DNA from: Candidatus Binataceae bacterium
GTDB taxonomy: Bacteria; Desulfobacterota; Binatia; Binatales; Binataceae
Reading direction: 5' to 3'
DNA: 64,000 bases
Assembly: GCA_035541875.1 (NCBI GenBank)
Contig: DATKML010000024.1
Coordinates: 5,030-69,029 of the forward strand
The notes beneath the pieces were generated by a model. It saw only the letters and a program-made list of their open reading frames with translations, was not told where the DNA came from and made no database searches. Shown here in pieces: positions 49,870 to 60,698 of the stretch. Numbering within the stretch: position 1 is the first letter of the stretch; each line of letters opens with the position of its first letter. Both the position numbers and the translations under genes were made by a program.

Positions 49870-49944
49870 GGGCGGTTAGCTCAGCGGTAGAGCATCGGCC
49901 TTACAAGCCGAGGGTCGCAGGTTCGAAACCTGCACCGCCCACCA
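49870..49944 (+). tRNA. tRNA-Val (anticodon TAC)
   Basis: GGGCGGT acceptor stem pairing with ACCGCCC, D-loop AGCTCAGCGGTAGAGC, anticodon loop CTTACAA, T-arm GGTTCGAAACC, and an encoded CCA. The 5' half is the attR copy of the direct repeat. Confidence 0.9.
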
Positions 49945-50157
49945 ATAATCGATACGGTCTGTTGTCGGCAGAGCGGACGCAGCGCGTCTAGCCAACGATC
50001 CACGATAACCGGGACTGGCGCGCCTCACCTAGAACGCGCCGCGCCTTCAAGCGGAGACCGCGATCGCGCGGTTGATATGCACCTGCCGCATCGACGTATC
50101 AGGCAACCCCTCTAAACAATTTGAAACCTAGACCCGAACCGACTACTAGTTCGGATT

Positions 50158-51225
50158 ATGAGATTCGGACTTAATTGCCCAGCGCGTATCGATTCCTGGA
50201 AAGACATGACGGTGGCCGAGGATCTCGGTTTCACGAGTGTCTGGTTTTACGATTCGCAGATGCTCTACAGCGACATCTACTCGACGATGACGCTGGTTGC
50301 TGAGCACACGAAGCACATCAAGATTGGCACGGGAATCGTCGTGCCCAGCAATCGTATCGCGCCGGTCACTGCGCACTCGATCGCGACCATCAACCAGCTT
50401 GCGCCGGGGCGTGTGATCCTCGGGATCGGTACGGGCTTTACCGGCAGGAACATGATGGGTCTGCCGCCCGTCAAACTGGACGATCTGCGTGAGCACGTGC
50501 GTATCTGCCGGGCACTGCTGCGCGGCGAAGATGTGCTTTTCCGTGAGGGCAAGCGGGAGCGCTGGATTCGTTTCATGCATCCGAATCATGGGTACATCAA
50601 CCTTCAAGACAACATCCCTATCGCGATCGCGGCGCAAGGCCCCAAGGCTCTCGCGCTTGCCGGTGAGATTGGCGATGGCTGGATGGCTCCGGTGGCCGGG
50701 GTCGAGGAATTCAAACAGAACATCGGGGTTGTGAAGGCCGCGGCCAAGCGTGCCGGCAACAATGCGCCGAATTTCAGCACCACGATGTTCGCGGCTGCCT
50801 GCGTACTAAAGCCGGGCGAAGCGCTAACCTCAGCCCGTGTGATCAGCCAGATGGGCCCGATGGCCGCAGTCGCACTGCACGCGTTATGGGAAACTTCCGC
50901 GGTAGCCGCACAGCTTCCCGCATCGCTGCAGTCGATTTACGAAAAGTATCGCGACGAATATGTCGCCAAGCTCGACGTGCCTGCCGATCGTCGCTACCTG
51001 AAAGTCCATGAGGGCCACACGATCTACGTTAAGCCCGGCGAAGAACGCTATCTGACTGCCGAAGTGATCGGCGCTTTCAGCATGACGGCGCCGCGCGACG
51101 AGTTAATCGAACGTATCAAGAAGTTAGAAGCGGCAGGGATGGAAGAGATTTCGTTCAGCATCCCCAACGACGGCGCCCGCGAACGAATCGAGGAGCTCGG
51201 ACGCGAGATCGTAGCGCATTACTAG
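50158..51225 (+). CDS. LLM-class flavin/F420-dependent oxidoreductase (luciferase-like)
   Basis: MRFGLNCPARIDSWKDMTVAEDLGFTSVWFYDSQ TIM-barrel signature. Confidence 0.75.
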   Translation: MRFGLNCPARIDSWKDMTVAEDLGFTSVWFYDSQMLYSDIYSTMTLVAEHTKHIKIGTGIVVPSNRIAPVTAHSIATINQLAPGRVILGIGTGFTGRNMMGLPPVKLDDLREHVRICRALLRGEDVLFREGKRERWIRFMHPNHGYINLQDNIPIAIAAQGPKALALAGEIGDGWMAPVAGVEEFKQNIGVVKAAAKRAGNNAPNFSTTMFAAACVLKPGEALTSARVISQMGPMAAVALHALWETSAVAAQLPASLQSIYEKYRDEYVAKLDVPADRRYLKVHEGHTIYVKPGEERYLTAEVIGAFSMTAPRDELIERIKKLEAAGMEEISFSIPNDGARERIEELGREIVAHY

Positions 51226-51234
51226 CCGACTCGT

Positions 51235-53214
51235 TCAGTCGCGGCGACCGTGATTCCAAGCCGCGGCGCAGGAGAGAATATCGAAGGATTGTCCCTGCTG
51301 CATCGGTCCAATCTTCTCGGCAAAGCCCTCGTCGGCGGCACGTGCGTCAGCGTTGCCTCCATGATGGACCCAGCGACCATATGCGGCAGGTCCGCCGTTG
51401 TAGGCCGAATAGACTGATCGCGCCAGGGCGCGCTGATCCGTTGGGGAGCCGCCCGATCGATTCGGCGCATTGAGCAGCAGGCGTTCCAGGATGCCGGTGC
51501 CGGCACTGGCGTTGTAGACGATGTCCCACTTGAGTCGCGGCAGGCTATAGAAGCCCCGCCAGACGTATTTGTTGACCTGCATGAGGCCGATATCGCCGCT
51601 TGCCGATTCAAGGAACATCACGCGCTGCTTGCGAATTTCGAATTGGCGCCAACAGCTTTCTTGCCACGCCGTGGTTTTGACCAGTAGCGGCATGATCGAT
51701 GCTTTGCCGTTCTGGCCGGGATCATTCACGTCGCTAGCAACCAGCGTAAGGAGCTGATTCAGCGCTACCCGATAGCGTGAGGCGTTGCAGTCGTTTACCA
51801 CGGTGCGATGAAGGTCGTGGCCGAGTTGTCGCAACGTGCCCTGCGATCCGGTGGCGGCGGCCTCAGCTGTCTTTGCGTCTAGCAGGGACACAAGCCGATC
51901 CAACAGTCTGAGCAGGTGCGATCGATCGGTGCTGCTCAGAGGCTGCGGAGAGGGTGACGGAAGGGACGAACTAGTCGGTGTTGGTGACGGCGGCTCCTCG
52001 TCGGAGCTATCGAGCGGCTCATCGCTCTCAAGCGGTGGCGCAATACCAAGGAGAGTTCGCAGTTCGGGGTCTTCCTCGAAGTTGTAGATGAGCGGATCGG
52101 CACTAATCTGCGGTGCCATAATCCGTGCGAGGCGTCGAAGATCTTCGGCCGAGATATGGATTCCCAAGACCGGTGCCGCCTGATCGAGAGCAAAGAGCGC
52201 GTCACCCGCCGATATGAACGAGAGGAATTCGAGCGTGCGATCACCGATAGCACCGCGCGCGGCAGCCTCTTCGATAATATCGCGTAGGCGTGTCCATTCA
52301 TCGAGGAAGAGCAACCGCACCGGATCTGGCCCACTCGCGGGCTGAGTGAGGGCGTCTACCAACCGCTGACGGCTGTCGAGGAGGACATCGAGCAGCTTCT
52401 GGCGAACGCTCGGATCGGGCACGGCCGTCGCAAACTGCTTGATTGCAAAGACCAGAAAGCTGTCCCAGTTCTGCAGAGCCGTCTGCCATTGCTGCGCAGC
52501 AGCTGCAGCGGCCGCTTCCCCCGAAGGAGCAGTTGCCCCAACGGTCGGAAGCTCGGGAACCTGCATCTGAAGCGTGATACGCATCCCTGTATCGCTTGGG
52601 ATGACCGGACCGGCGGGCTTGAGGGTCGCGATTGCCTGCCTGACTCGCGCCGCATCATCAGTGTTAGCCGTTCCGAACTGGGCAAGCTGCCCGAGCTGTC
52701 TCACGGATGGTGCTAGGTCATAGGAGAAAGTCTGAATCGCCGGGATAAAGTTCTGCTTGATCAGATCGAAGCCGTGTCCGATCAGTGCGCTTTTCTGATG
52801 CTGACTATTGAATAAATTGATGTCGGTGACTCGCAGCTTAAGGGCGAGAGCGCTCATGTAGGGGTCGAGTGAGGCCTCGATAATGCCCGTCCAATCAATC
52901 GGGCCAACGCAGTGATCGCCGACCGGGAAGCCCAAGACCAGCTTGCCATCAGCCTCGAGCTTGGTACCGCTGCCTTCCCGGCTGAAACGCGGATTCGTCG
53001 CGTCGAGGTATTGGCAATCGTTGCCGCCTTCCCACAGCCTCGCTCGGCCTCCGGGTTGCGTGAAAACGGTGGCCTTCATTGCCGCATCGAGGGTGAGGTA
53101 GTTGAGATTGAGGGGTAGCTGGATCGTCGCCGCGCGCGTCGATGAAGCGAGCACGAGCATTACCGTCACACACAAGGCGAGCCATGGCCATCGACGACAT
53201 TTCCGCTCCCGCAT
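51235..53214 (-). CDS. Secreted protein with a C-terminal lytic transglycosylase (SLT) domain
   Basis: Signal peptide. C-terminal ESASGDIGLMQVNKYVW carries the SLT catalytic Glu motif. The N-terminal ~480 aa are unassigned. Confidence 0.65.
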   Translation of the reverse strand: MRERKCRRWPWLALCVTVMLVLASSTRAATIQLPLNLNYLTLDAAMKATVFTQPGGRARLWEGGNDCQYLDATNPRFSREGSGTKLEADGKLVLGFPVGDHCVGPIDWTGIIEASLDPYMSALALKLRVTDINLFNSQHQKSALIGHGFDLIKQNFIPAIQTFSYDLAPSVRQLGQLAQFGTANTDDAARVRQAIATLKPAGPVIPSDTGMRITLQMQVPELPTVGATAPSGEAAAAAAAQQWQTALQNWDSFLVFAIKQFATAVPDPSVRQKLLDVLLDSRQRLVDALTQPASGPDPVRLLFLDEWTRLRDIIEEAAARGAIGDRTLEFLSFISAGDALFALDQAAPVLGIHISAEDLRRLARIMAPQISADPLIYNFEEDPELRTLLGIAPPLESDEPLDSSDEEPPSPTPTSSSLPSPSPQPLSSTDRSHLLRLLDRLVSLLDAKTAEAAATGSQGTLRQLGHDLHRTVVNDCNASRYRVALNQLLTLVASDVNDPGQNGKASIMPLLVKTTAWQESCWRQFEIRKQRVMFLESASGDIGLMQVNKYVWRGFYSLPRLKWDIVYNASAGTGILERLLLNAPNRSGGSPTDQRALARSVYSAYNGGPAAYGRWVHHGGNADARAADEGFAEKIGPMQQGQSFDILSCAAAWNHGRRD

Positions 53215-53721
53215 GATCCGCCTCCAACGCCAACCCCGACTCTCGGATCATGATAACAGTGACCGTCGCTCGATGCCTTTCGAGATCCCTCTCCCTTGAT
53301 AGGCGAGGGCGAAGCGACGAAGCCGCAGGCTCGTCGCGCGGGTGAGAGTACGCTCACTGGCCGAGGATCGAATCGCCCGGCAGGTCGCCGATCTGCTGAC
53401 CCTCGAAGTAGGTCGTTCGTCCATCAGCCAGGCTTCGCTTGTACTGCTCCCCAGTCAGCATCGTCGCCTCCTAATCGCGCTCTCGATTCGTAGGAGCGAA
53501 CCAGAACCGAGTCGAGGTTGCAAGGCTCGGAACCTCAACGACGCGATCCTCAGGCGGACGGACATCGCGCCGTCTAGGTCAATCGCCTTGAGGGCTAGCG
53601 CATTCGGCGAAAAGGTACGGCAAACCGCGTCAATGTATCGCTGTCGCATCCTACCGTCTTCAGGGATCGTGAGTGCTCCCTCTACCTTTTCTCACTGACG
53701 CCAAGCGTCAGGAGGAAAACG

Positions 53722-54282
53722 GTGAGCGCAAAACTTCTCATCTACTCGATCGTTGCGATTAGCAGTCATTGGATTGCGGCTTTCGTGCAAGCCTTTTTGC
53801 ATCGATTACTCGGTCACAATCGAATCGGCGGCCCACTTTGCTCGACCCATACGGGTTCGCATCACGCGATTTACTCGGGCGAAAAACTCTCCGCGAGCGC
53901 CTATAGCGTCGACGAAAAGAGCCTGACCGCTGCGTATTTGGCACCGGCCCTAATTATCGGAGTCGTGGCTTATTGGGCGCTGCCGTGGCGCATTTTTCTC
54001 ATCGGGTCAGTTGCGTTGACGGCTTCTTACATCGCGCATGTTTATGTTCATACGCATTACCATCTCGACCAGACGCCGCTTGCGCGATGGGGATGGTTTC
54101 GGCGGCGACGCGTTCTCCATTTCGTCCATCATCAGGACGGCCACAAGAATTTTGCGATTCTGAGTTTCGGATGCGATCGCCTGATGGGCACCTACCGCGA
54201 CCCGGATCCGATAGTTTCTCGGTCGAGTAGGCTCTCGTCGTCACGGAAGGCGAGTTCTCGATCGCTCAAGGAGACCTGCTAG
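53722..54282 (+). CDS. Fatty acid hydroxylase / sterol desaturase superfamily membrane protein
   Basis: Histidine boxes HRLLGH, HTHYH and HFVHHQD within TM helices. Confidence 0.6.
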   Translation: MSAKLLIYSIVAISSHWIAAFVQAFLHRLLGHNRIGGPLCSTHTGSHHAIYSGEKLSASAYSVDEKSLTAAYLAPALIIGVVAYWALPWRIFLIGSVALTASYIAHVYVHTHYHLDQTPLARWGWFRRRRVLHFVHHQDGHKNFAILSFGCDRLMGTYRDPDPIVSRSSRLSSSRKASSRSLKETC

Positions 54283-54361
54283 AGGCTTTCTTCTAAGGCT
54301 CGATAGCGTCGATCGCAATCGTTCCATCGAAGCTGGTTGTCGAGCATCACAGGAGCGTGAT

Positions 54362-54476
54362 GTCATTCTGAGCCCTTCGGCTGCGCTCAGGATAAGCTCC
54401 GCGAAGAATCTCGGTTACCACTAGACTCGACGCCCTTTCGGGATTCTTCGCTCCGGCGGCCTCCGCTCAGAATGAC
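54362..54476. repeat. 115-bp palindromic element with 12-bp perfect terminal inverted repeats (GTCATTCTGAGC...GCTCAGAATGAC), MITE/REP-like
   Basis: Nested inverted repeats (CCGCGAAGAATC vs GATTCTTCGC) and two short hairpins with TTCG-type loops. It sits in the convergent spacer between the hydroxylase gene and serS. Confidence 0.45.
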
Positions 54477-54500
54477 ATCGCGGGTCGTCGATCGATAGGG

Positions 54501-55772
54501 CTATTTGGGTCCAATCAAAGTGGCGCCGCCCATGTACGGACGCAGCACCTCCGGAATCACGATACTGCCGTCGGCCTGTTGATAGTTTTCCATCACTGCG
54601 ATCAGCGTGCGCGGCAGTCCTAGGCCAGAGCCATTGAGCGCGTGTACGAATTCCGTCTTGCCGCCTTTTTGCGGACGGTAACGGATATTCGCCCGGCGCA
54701 TCTGGAAGTCCGTGCAGTTCGAACAGGAGCTTACTTCGAGCCATTCGCCGAGCCCTGGCGCCCACATCTCGATATCGTAGGTCGCGGCGCTGGCGAAGCT
54801 CATATCGGCGGTGCAGAGTTGCAGCACGCGGTACGCGATGCCGAGTCGCTTGCAGATCTCGGCAGCATTATCGACCAGTGTCTTCAGTTCATCGTCGGAG
54901 GTCTCGGGGCGTACGATCTTTACCATCTCGACCTTGTCGAACTGATGCCCCCGCTTGATTCCGCGGACGTCGCGACCGGCCGACATTTTTTCGCGGCGAA
55001 AGCAGGGCGTATACGCCGTGAGGTAGAGCGGTAGCTGATCGATATCGAGAATCTCGTCGCGGTACATACTGGTCAGCGGAACTTCCGCCGTCGGGATAAA
55101 CCAGAAATCCTCCTCGATATCGCGATACATCGTGTCGGCGTTCTTCGGCAGATGACCCGTACTGGTGGCCGTCTCTGTCGAGACCATCAGGGGCGGGATG
55201 ATCTCCGTGTAGCCCTGCTCGCGCTTGAGATCGAGCATCCAGGCGATCAGCGCTCGTTCGAGTTGCGCGCCGAGTCCACGCAAAAGATAGAAGCGCGTGC
55301 CCGAGAGCTTCACGCCGCGATCGAAATCGATAATCTCGAGTTTCTCGCCGAGTTCCCAATGGGGCAGCGGATTAAAGTCGAACTTTTTCGGCTCGCCTTC
55401 GCTGCGCACGACGACGTTGTCGGCCTCGCCCGCGCCGGTCGGCACGTACTCGCGCGGGATATTGCGGATACCGAGCATCAGATCGGTAAACTTCTGCTCG
55501 ACATCCGAAAGCTGGCGCTCCCCTGCGCTAATCTTAGCGCCCAGTTCACGCATCTCAGCGCGTTTCGATTCCCGCGCCTCGGGCGTCATCTTGCCGAGTT
55601 CTTTCGATTCGCGAGTCCGCCGCGCGCGCATCTCGTCCAGTTCGAACTGGAGGCGCCGCCGCTGCGCATCGGCTTCAAGCACCGCATCGATCTCGGCCTC
55701 GGGCACCCCGGCGCGGCCGAGCTCCTTCTTATAGTAGTCAGTCTGTTCGCGAATCAGTTTGATATCGAGCAT
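54501..55772 (-). CDS. serS: Serine--tRNA ligase
   Basis: N-terminal coiled coil [10 protein letters not shown]..., and class II aaRS motifs. Confidence 0.93.
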   Translation of the reverse strand: MLDIKLIREQTDYYKKELGRAGVPEAEIDAVLEADAQRRRLQFELDEMRARRTRESKELGKMTPEARESKRAEMRELGAKISAGERQLSDVEQKFTDLMLGIRNIPREYVPTGAGEADNVVVRSEGEPKKFDFNPLPHWELGEKLEIIDFDRGVKLSGTRFYLLRGLGAQLERALIAWMLDLKREQGYTEIIPPLMVSTETATSTGHLPKNADTMYRDIEEDFWFIPTAEVPLTSMYRDEILDIDQLPLYLTAYTPCFRREKMSAGRDVRGIKRGHQFDKVEMVKIVRPETSDDELKTLVDNAAEICKRLGIAYRVLQLCTADMSFASAATYDIEMWAPGLGEWLEVSSCSNCTDFQMRRANIRYRPQKGGKTEFVHALNGSGLGLPRTLIAVMENYQQADGSIVIPEVLRPYMGGATLIGPK

Positions 55773-56205
55773 TCAGAAAGCATCCTTTATAAGTTCGACC
55801 GTGCGGAGCCGACCGCTTCCGGTAATCGCTACGACGTCGAAGCGGGTCGCGACGGCCTGCGCATGGCGCATCGCGACGTAGTTCGCCGCCGCGCTCCTGC
55901 TTGTGGTCATCGACCGCCTCGCGCGGCGACCCAGCTTCGATTCCTTCGCGGGCCTTCACCTCGACGAAGACCAGCGTCTCGCCGTCGAGCGCGACGATAT
56001 CGTTCTCCGCATTGGCCGAGCGAAAGTTACGCGCAAGGATGAGGTAGCCGCGGCGTCGCAGGTAGCGCCGCGCGATCGCCTCGCCTCGCGGCCCGAGGGC
56101 AGGCTCGCGCCGCCACGGCATCTCCTCGTACCAGCGATCGAGGAATTCAACGACGATCACGTAAGGCGTGCGGATCCAATCACTGATATGCGCTGCAGCG
56201 TTCAT
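55773..56205 (-). pseudogene. yraN: YraN (UPF0102) endonuclease family gene with an apparent frameshift in a GCG repeat
   Basis: N-terminal frame gives [22 protein letters not shown]...VFVEVKAR. The conserved C-terminus ([39 protein letters not shown]) is in the +1 frame and ends in TGA immediately abutting the serS ATG. The frames switch within GAGCGCGGCGGCG near 55895-55910. Confidence 0.55.
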
Positions 56206-56492
56206 CGCTTGTCGATCGACCGGACCAATCTTAGCTCTCGCACCGAGTTAGCAAAACTGCCGAAAAGGCAGCGTCGGCGCCTGGCGGCAATCCTGCGAGC
56301 GTCTTCAGAGAGACGGCAGCGGTATCGTCAACGCGTCATAGACCGTGATGCGGGGACCATAGGCGGCCTGAAAGAAGCCGATACTGTCGGCGGGGCGAAT
56401 CAGATTGGTGCGATCGAAAAGGTTGAGCAGCGTGACGCGGTTGGTGAACTTTCCGGAATCACAATGTCTCGTGCAGCGCTGAGATTGAACTG

Positions 56493-58665
56493 CTACACCT
56501 TGGGCGGCTGATGCTGATTCGCGAAGCCGCTCCGCAATCCGCTGCTGAAAAGACCGTCGATACTAAACAGATAATCGTGCCATCGGTAGGCCGTGCCGCC
56601 CGACGCTCCAATCAGGGGTGTATGGTCGAGGACGATATAGTGGCGATCGATATACGCGAGCTCATCGGGTGGAAAGTTGTACTGGCCGGAAGCCAGCCCA
56701 ATATCTTCTTCGCGAGCAAAATAGAGGTTCCATCGCGCCGTGAAGTTCTCGACGTTGTAGGTCAGGGAGTTTCCGTTACCTCCACCGTAACCTCTGACGT
56801 AATTGAACGGCACGTCGATTGGGACGAAGCCAAACTCGCCCTCGTCCAGATAATGCCGATCGATCCTGAAATAGTTGTCCTGCGCGAACGTCAGCCGCGG
56901 CGAGATTTTGTAAATGAAGCCGGTGTCCCAAGTGCAATCAGTCTCGGCGTAGGGCCCTCCGCCGCTCGGCGATCCCACGGCTCCAGTAGTGTTCTGAAAG
57001 AGTTGCGATGTATTCGCGGGGATCCCCTGAAAGTTTGGGACCTGGAAGTTGCGCGCAAAGCCCGCATGTACAACCAGCGATTCCGACGCTTTGCAGGTAG
57101 CGTTGATCGTGGGGCTGAATTGACTGTCGAAGGTAAAGCCGGTGACACGGTCCCATCGCGAGCCGAAGTTCAGACTGAGCCGCTGATTAATCGCCCACGT
57201 ATCTTCGAAGTAAAGGCCGTATACGAGATTAAATTTGTTCAGGTTCGCCGTGATGCTGATCGGCGTCGTAGCCGGAACCCCTGCCTGCAGGCGAAAGACC
57301 TGCGAAGTCTGGTCCGATTCGACTCCGTACTCGCCGAGGTAAGTTCCGCTGCGAAACGTATGCGGTCCATTTCGGTACGTCAGATCGGTTTCGAGCGTGT
57401 TCGAGAGATCAGAAGTGAAGACGTTCGAGGCGACGCCCTGATAGATCAAGTCGCCGATCGAGTCGGGATAGAAAGTCTGGGTGTTGTAGTGTGCCGAGTA
57501 CGCTATCTGGTACTCCCACGAAGAACCGACCGCACCATTCATCGCGAGGACACCGAAATAGTCCTGCTGATTGAGGCCGGAATCGATCGCGCTCGACGGA
57601 TGCGCCGCCGGATTCACCCCGGCCAGTTGATACTCGGGAATCTGATTCGGTTGATTGGGAAATCGATTGAACGCCAAGGTCATGCCTGACAGCAGACTAA
57701 TTTTGGTCTCCGTATTGAGCGCGTACGAGAGAGAGCCGAAGCCTTGCCCTTGCGTAACCGCGTCGTGAATCGGATCGGGCGCGGGTACCGCCGAGCTGAA
57801 GCCCAGATTCGATTGAGTAAAGGTTCGGTGGCGAAGTATTCGACGTTTCCTTTGCAGCCCCCGACTTGAAATGATCCTTGCGAGGTGTCGCGTTGCCCGC
57901 CCATCAGGGTCGCCGCGTTCGAACCACTATCGCAGCCGCTCTTCGTGTGGATATCGATCACCCCGGGAGTGCGATACCCAAACCTGGCGGGAAGCACGCC
58001 GTCGAGGAGGCTCACGCTCTCGACGAAGCGAGAGTTCAGCAGCTGGGTGAAAGTCGGGTCGGTGTTGATGTCTAGCGGGAGCATGATGCCGTTCATCTGG
58101 TACTGGATCCCCATATGTTCGCCGCGAATATGAATCTCCTGGTTCTGATCGAGGGCGACTCCGGGCATCGGGAGCATCACTTGATTGAGAGGCGTCGCTT
58201 CGCCCTGTGGCAGTTCATTGATATTTGCAGCGCTGAGCGAGTACCGGTTCGCGCCGGAGCGTGAGATGCCGTTTTGAGGCATCAGGGCGGCACTGACGGG
58301 AACGGTCAGTGCCTTTCTAGGCTGAAGCGTAACCTGGAGCGCCGCCTTGTCGGGGCGAGGTATCGTGATTGTCAGTTCGGCCGGGACAAAATCGCGCTTC
58401 GCCACCGTGAGGATGAAGCTGTCGGAAGGTACAGCGTCGAAGTGAAACCGTCCGCGAGGATCGGTGCTCGTGCGGACGACCTGCCCTCCAGCTTTTGCGG
58501 CGAGACGCACGCTAGCATCCGCGACGGGTCTCCGAGTGGATCTCGGACTTCCCCCAAGAGGCTACTAGATGATGGCTCTTGCGCGTCGAGACAGGTCGGG
58601 CTCAAGGCCATGGCCGCAAGCAATAGAAGAAAAAGCGATGATCGACGATAAGCCATTCGAGTCAT
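56493..58665 (-). pseudogene. TonB-dependent receptor (carboxypeptidase-regulatory-like + plug + barrel), fragmented and truncated
   Basis: Signal peptide ORF (58372-58665), CarbopepD_reg/plug ORF (57680-58510) and partial barrel ORF (56493-57683) are in three different frames. Total length is ~700 aa versus ~1000-1200 for intact family members. There is no C-terminal aromatic residue. Confidence 0.5.
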
Positions 58666-58865
58666 AGGACAACTCCCTATGCGCCCTACGGCTGGTGCGA
58701 TTACCTGCCGCCATCGGTGACGCGAGTGGCTTTGGCCTTAAAATTACTCAGCGAATTCTCCTAATCAAGTGCTCCACAACGCATCTGACCGAAAGAGAAC
58801 GGGTTGTGGGCGTTTCTTTATCTGCGCTGACTTGCGGGTGAGCCGATGTTACGATTGCCGATAAC

Positions 58866-59162
58866 ATGAGCGAAACGCGAATTAATCTCGAACAGGTGCA
58901 GCACGTTGCGCGCTTGGCACGACTGGAACTTACTGAGGATGAGGAACGCCATCTGCAGGCCGACCTCAGCTCTATCCTTACTTATATCGACAAGCTCAAT
59001 CAGCTCGATACGAGCGCGGTCGAGCCGACAGCACAGGTCGGCGACGTGGGCACTCCGATGCGCGAGGACGAGGTGACGAACCGCCCCGATCCCGATGCGA
59101 TGCTGCAGAATGCTCCGGCGCAACGACGCCATCTCGTGGTTGTGCCCAAGATTATCGAGTAA
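58866..59162 (+). CDS. gatC: Asp-tRNA(Asn)/Glu-tRNA(Gln) amidotransferase subunit C
   Basis: 98 aa, VQHVARLARLELTEDE signature. Confidence 0.88.
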   Translation: MSETRINLEQVQHVARLARLELTEDEERHLQADLSSILTYIDKLNQLDTSAVEPTAQVGDVGTPMREDEVTNRPDPDAMLQNAPAQRRHLVVVPKIIE

Positions 59163-59183
59163 ACCAGGATTATCGAGTAACTG

Positions 59184-60641
59184 ATGTCGGACCTCTTTAG
59201 ACTTACGATTGCCGAGGCGCGCGACCAGCTGGCGCGACGCGAAATCTCGGCGGTGGAACTGACGCGATCGTGTCTCGATCGTATCGCGGATCTGGAGCGT
59301 CGCCTCAACGCTTTCATCACGGTCTGTCCGCGCGAGGCGATGGAGCAGGCGGAGGCCGCCGACGCGCGCCTCGCGAAGGGTGCTGCGCCTGCGCTGTGCG
59401 GCATTCCGCTCGCGATCAAGGACATCTATCTAACGCGCGGATTACGCACGACCTGCGCCTCGAAGATTCTCGGCAATTTCGTCGCGCCTTATGACGGGAC
59501 GGTTATCGCCAAGTTGCGCGCAGCCGGCGCCGTTTTCGTTGGCAAGGCGAACATGGACGAGTTTGCGATGGGCTCGTCGTCAGAGAACTCTGCCTTCGGC
59601 CCGACGCGGAATCCATACGACTTGCGCCGCGTCGCCGGAGGATCGTCGGGCGGATCGGCTGCGGCGGTTGCGGCGGACGAATGTATTGCCTCGTTGGGCA
59701 CCGATACCGGCGGTTCGATTCGCGAGCCGGCTTCGTTCTGCGGCGTCGTGGGGATCAAACCGACCTACAGCCGCGTTAGCCGCTTTGGCGTGATCGCCTT
59801 CGCTTCGTCCCTCGATCAGGTTGGTCCGTTTACCAAGACGGTGCGCGATGCGGCTATCCTGCTGCGCGACCTGGCAGGAAAAGATACCCACGATTCAACC
59901 TGCTCAGCGCGTCCGGTACCGAACTACGAAGCGGCATTGACCGGCGACATCAAAGGATTGCGGATCGGTGTGCCGCGCGAATATTTCGTTTCGGGGATGG
60001 ACCGCGAAGTCGAAGATGCGGTCCGCGCGGCGCTCACGCATATGAAAGGGCTCGGCGCGAAACTCGTCGAGATCTCGCTGCCGCACAGCGAGTACGCTAT
60101 CGCAACTTATTATATACTCGCGACGGCCGAGGCGAGCGCGAACCTCGCGCGCTACGACGGTATCCGCTACGGACTCCGCGTCGAGGCCGACAACAATATC
60201 GATCTATATAATCGTACGCGGGCTAGAGGCTTCGGCGCCGAGGTTAAGCGCCGTATCATGCTCGGGACCTTCGCACTTTCGAGCGGTTACTACGACGCCT
60301 ACTACCTGAAGGCGCAGAAAGTCCGCACGCTGATTCGCCAGGATTTCGAGAAGGCCTTTACGCAGTGCGATATTATCGCGACCCCGGTCGCACCGACGAC
60401 GGCCTTTAATCTCGGCGAGAAGATCAATGACCCGCTGCAGATGTACCTCTCGGATATCTTTACGATCTCGGTGAATATGGCGGGGCTCCCAGGGATGTCG
60501 GTGCCGTGCGGCTACGACAGCAAGGGGATGCCGATCGGGTTGCAGATTATTGGTGCGCCCTTTAGCGAAGAGACGATGCTGCGCGCTGGCGACGCGTACG
60601 AGGGCTCCGGGGCGATCAAACGGCAACGTCCGCCACTGTGA
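59184..60641 (+). CDS. gatA: Asp-tRNA(Asn)/Glu-tRNA(Gln) amidotransferase subunit A
   Basis: Amidase signature [13 protein letters not shown]. 485 aa. Confidence 0.92.
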   Translation: MSDLFRLTIAEARDQLARREISAVELTRSCLDRIADLERRLNAFITVCPREAMEQAEAADARLAKGAAPALCGIPLAIKDIYLTRGLRTTCASKILGNFVAPYDGTVIAKLRAAGAVFVGKANMDEFAMGSSSENSAFGPTRNPYDLRRVAGGSSGGSAAAVAADECIASLGTDTGGSIREPASFCGVVGIKPTYSRVSRFGVIAFASSLDQVGPFTKTVRDAAILLRDLAGKDTHDSTCSARPVPNYEAALTGDIKGLRIGVPREYFVSGMDREVEDAVRAALTHMKGLGAKLVEISLPHSEYAIATYYILATAEASANLARYDGIRYGLRVEADNNIDLYNRTRARGFGAEVKRRIMLGTFALSSGYYDAYYLKAQKVRTLIRQDFEKAFTQCDIIATPVAPTTAFNLGEKINDPLQMYLSDIFTISVNMAGLPGMSVPCGYDSKGMPIGLQIIGAPFSEETMLRAGDAYEGSGAIKRQRPPL

Positions 60642-60698
60642 AAGCTTAAGGCGCAGCACCACCGGTTACGATAGAATCAGAAGCTGGTCAAAACGAAG

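Noticed and set aside
56511-57689. 392-aa plus-strand ORF
   Set aside because: It lies entirely antisense to the TonB-receptor fragment, has Arg-rich shadow-ORF composition typical of high-GC DNA and no recognisable domain.
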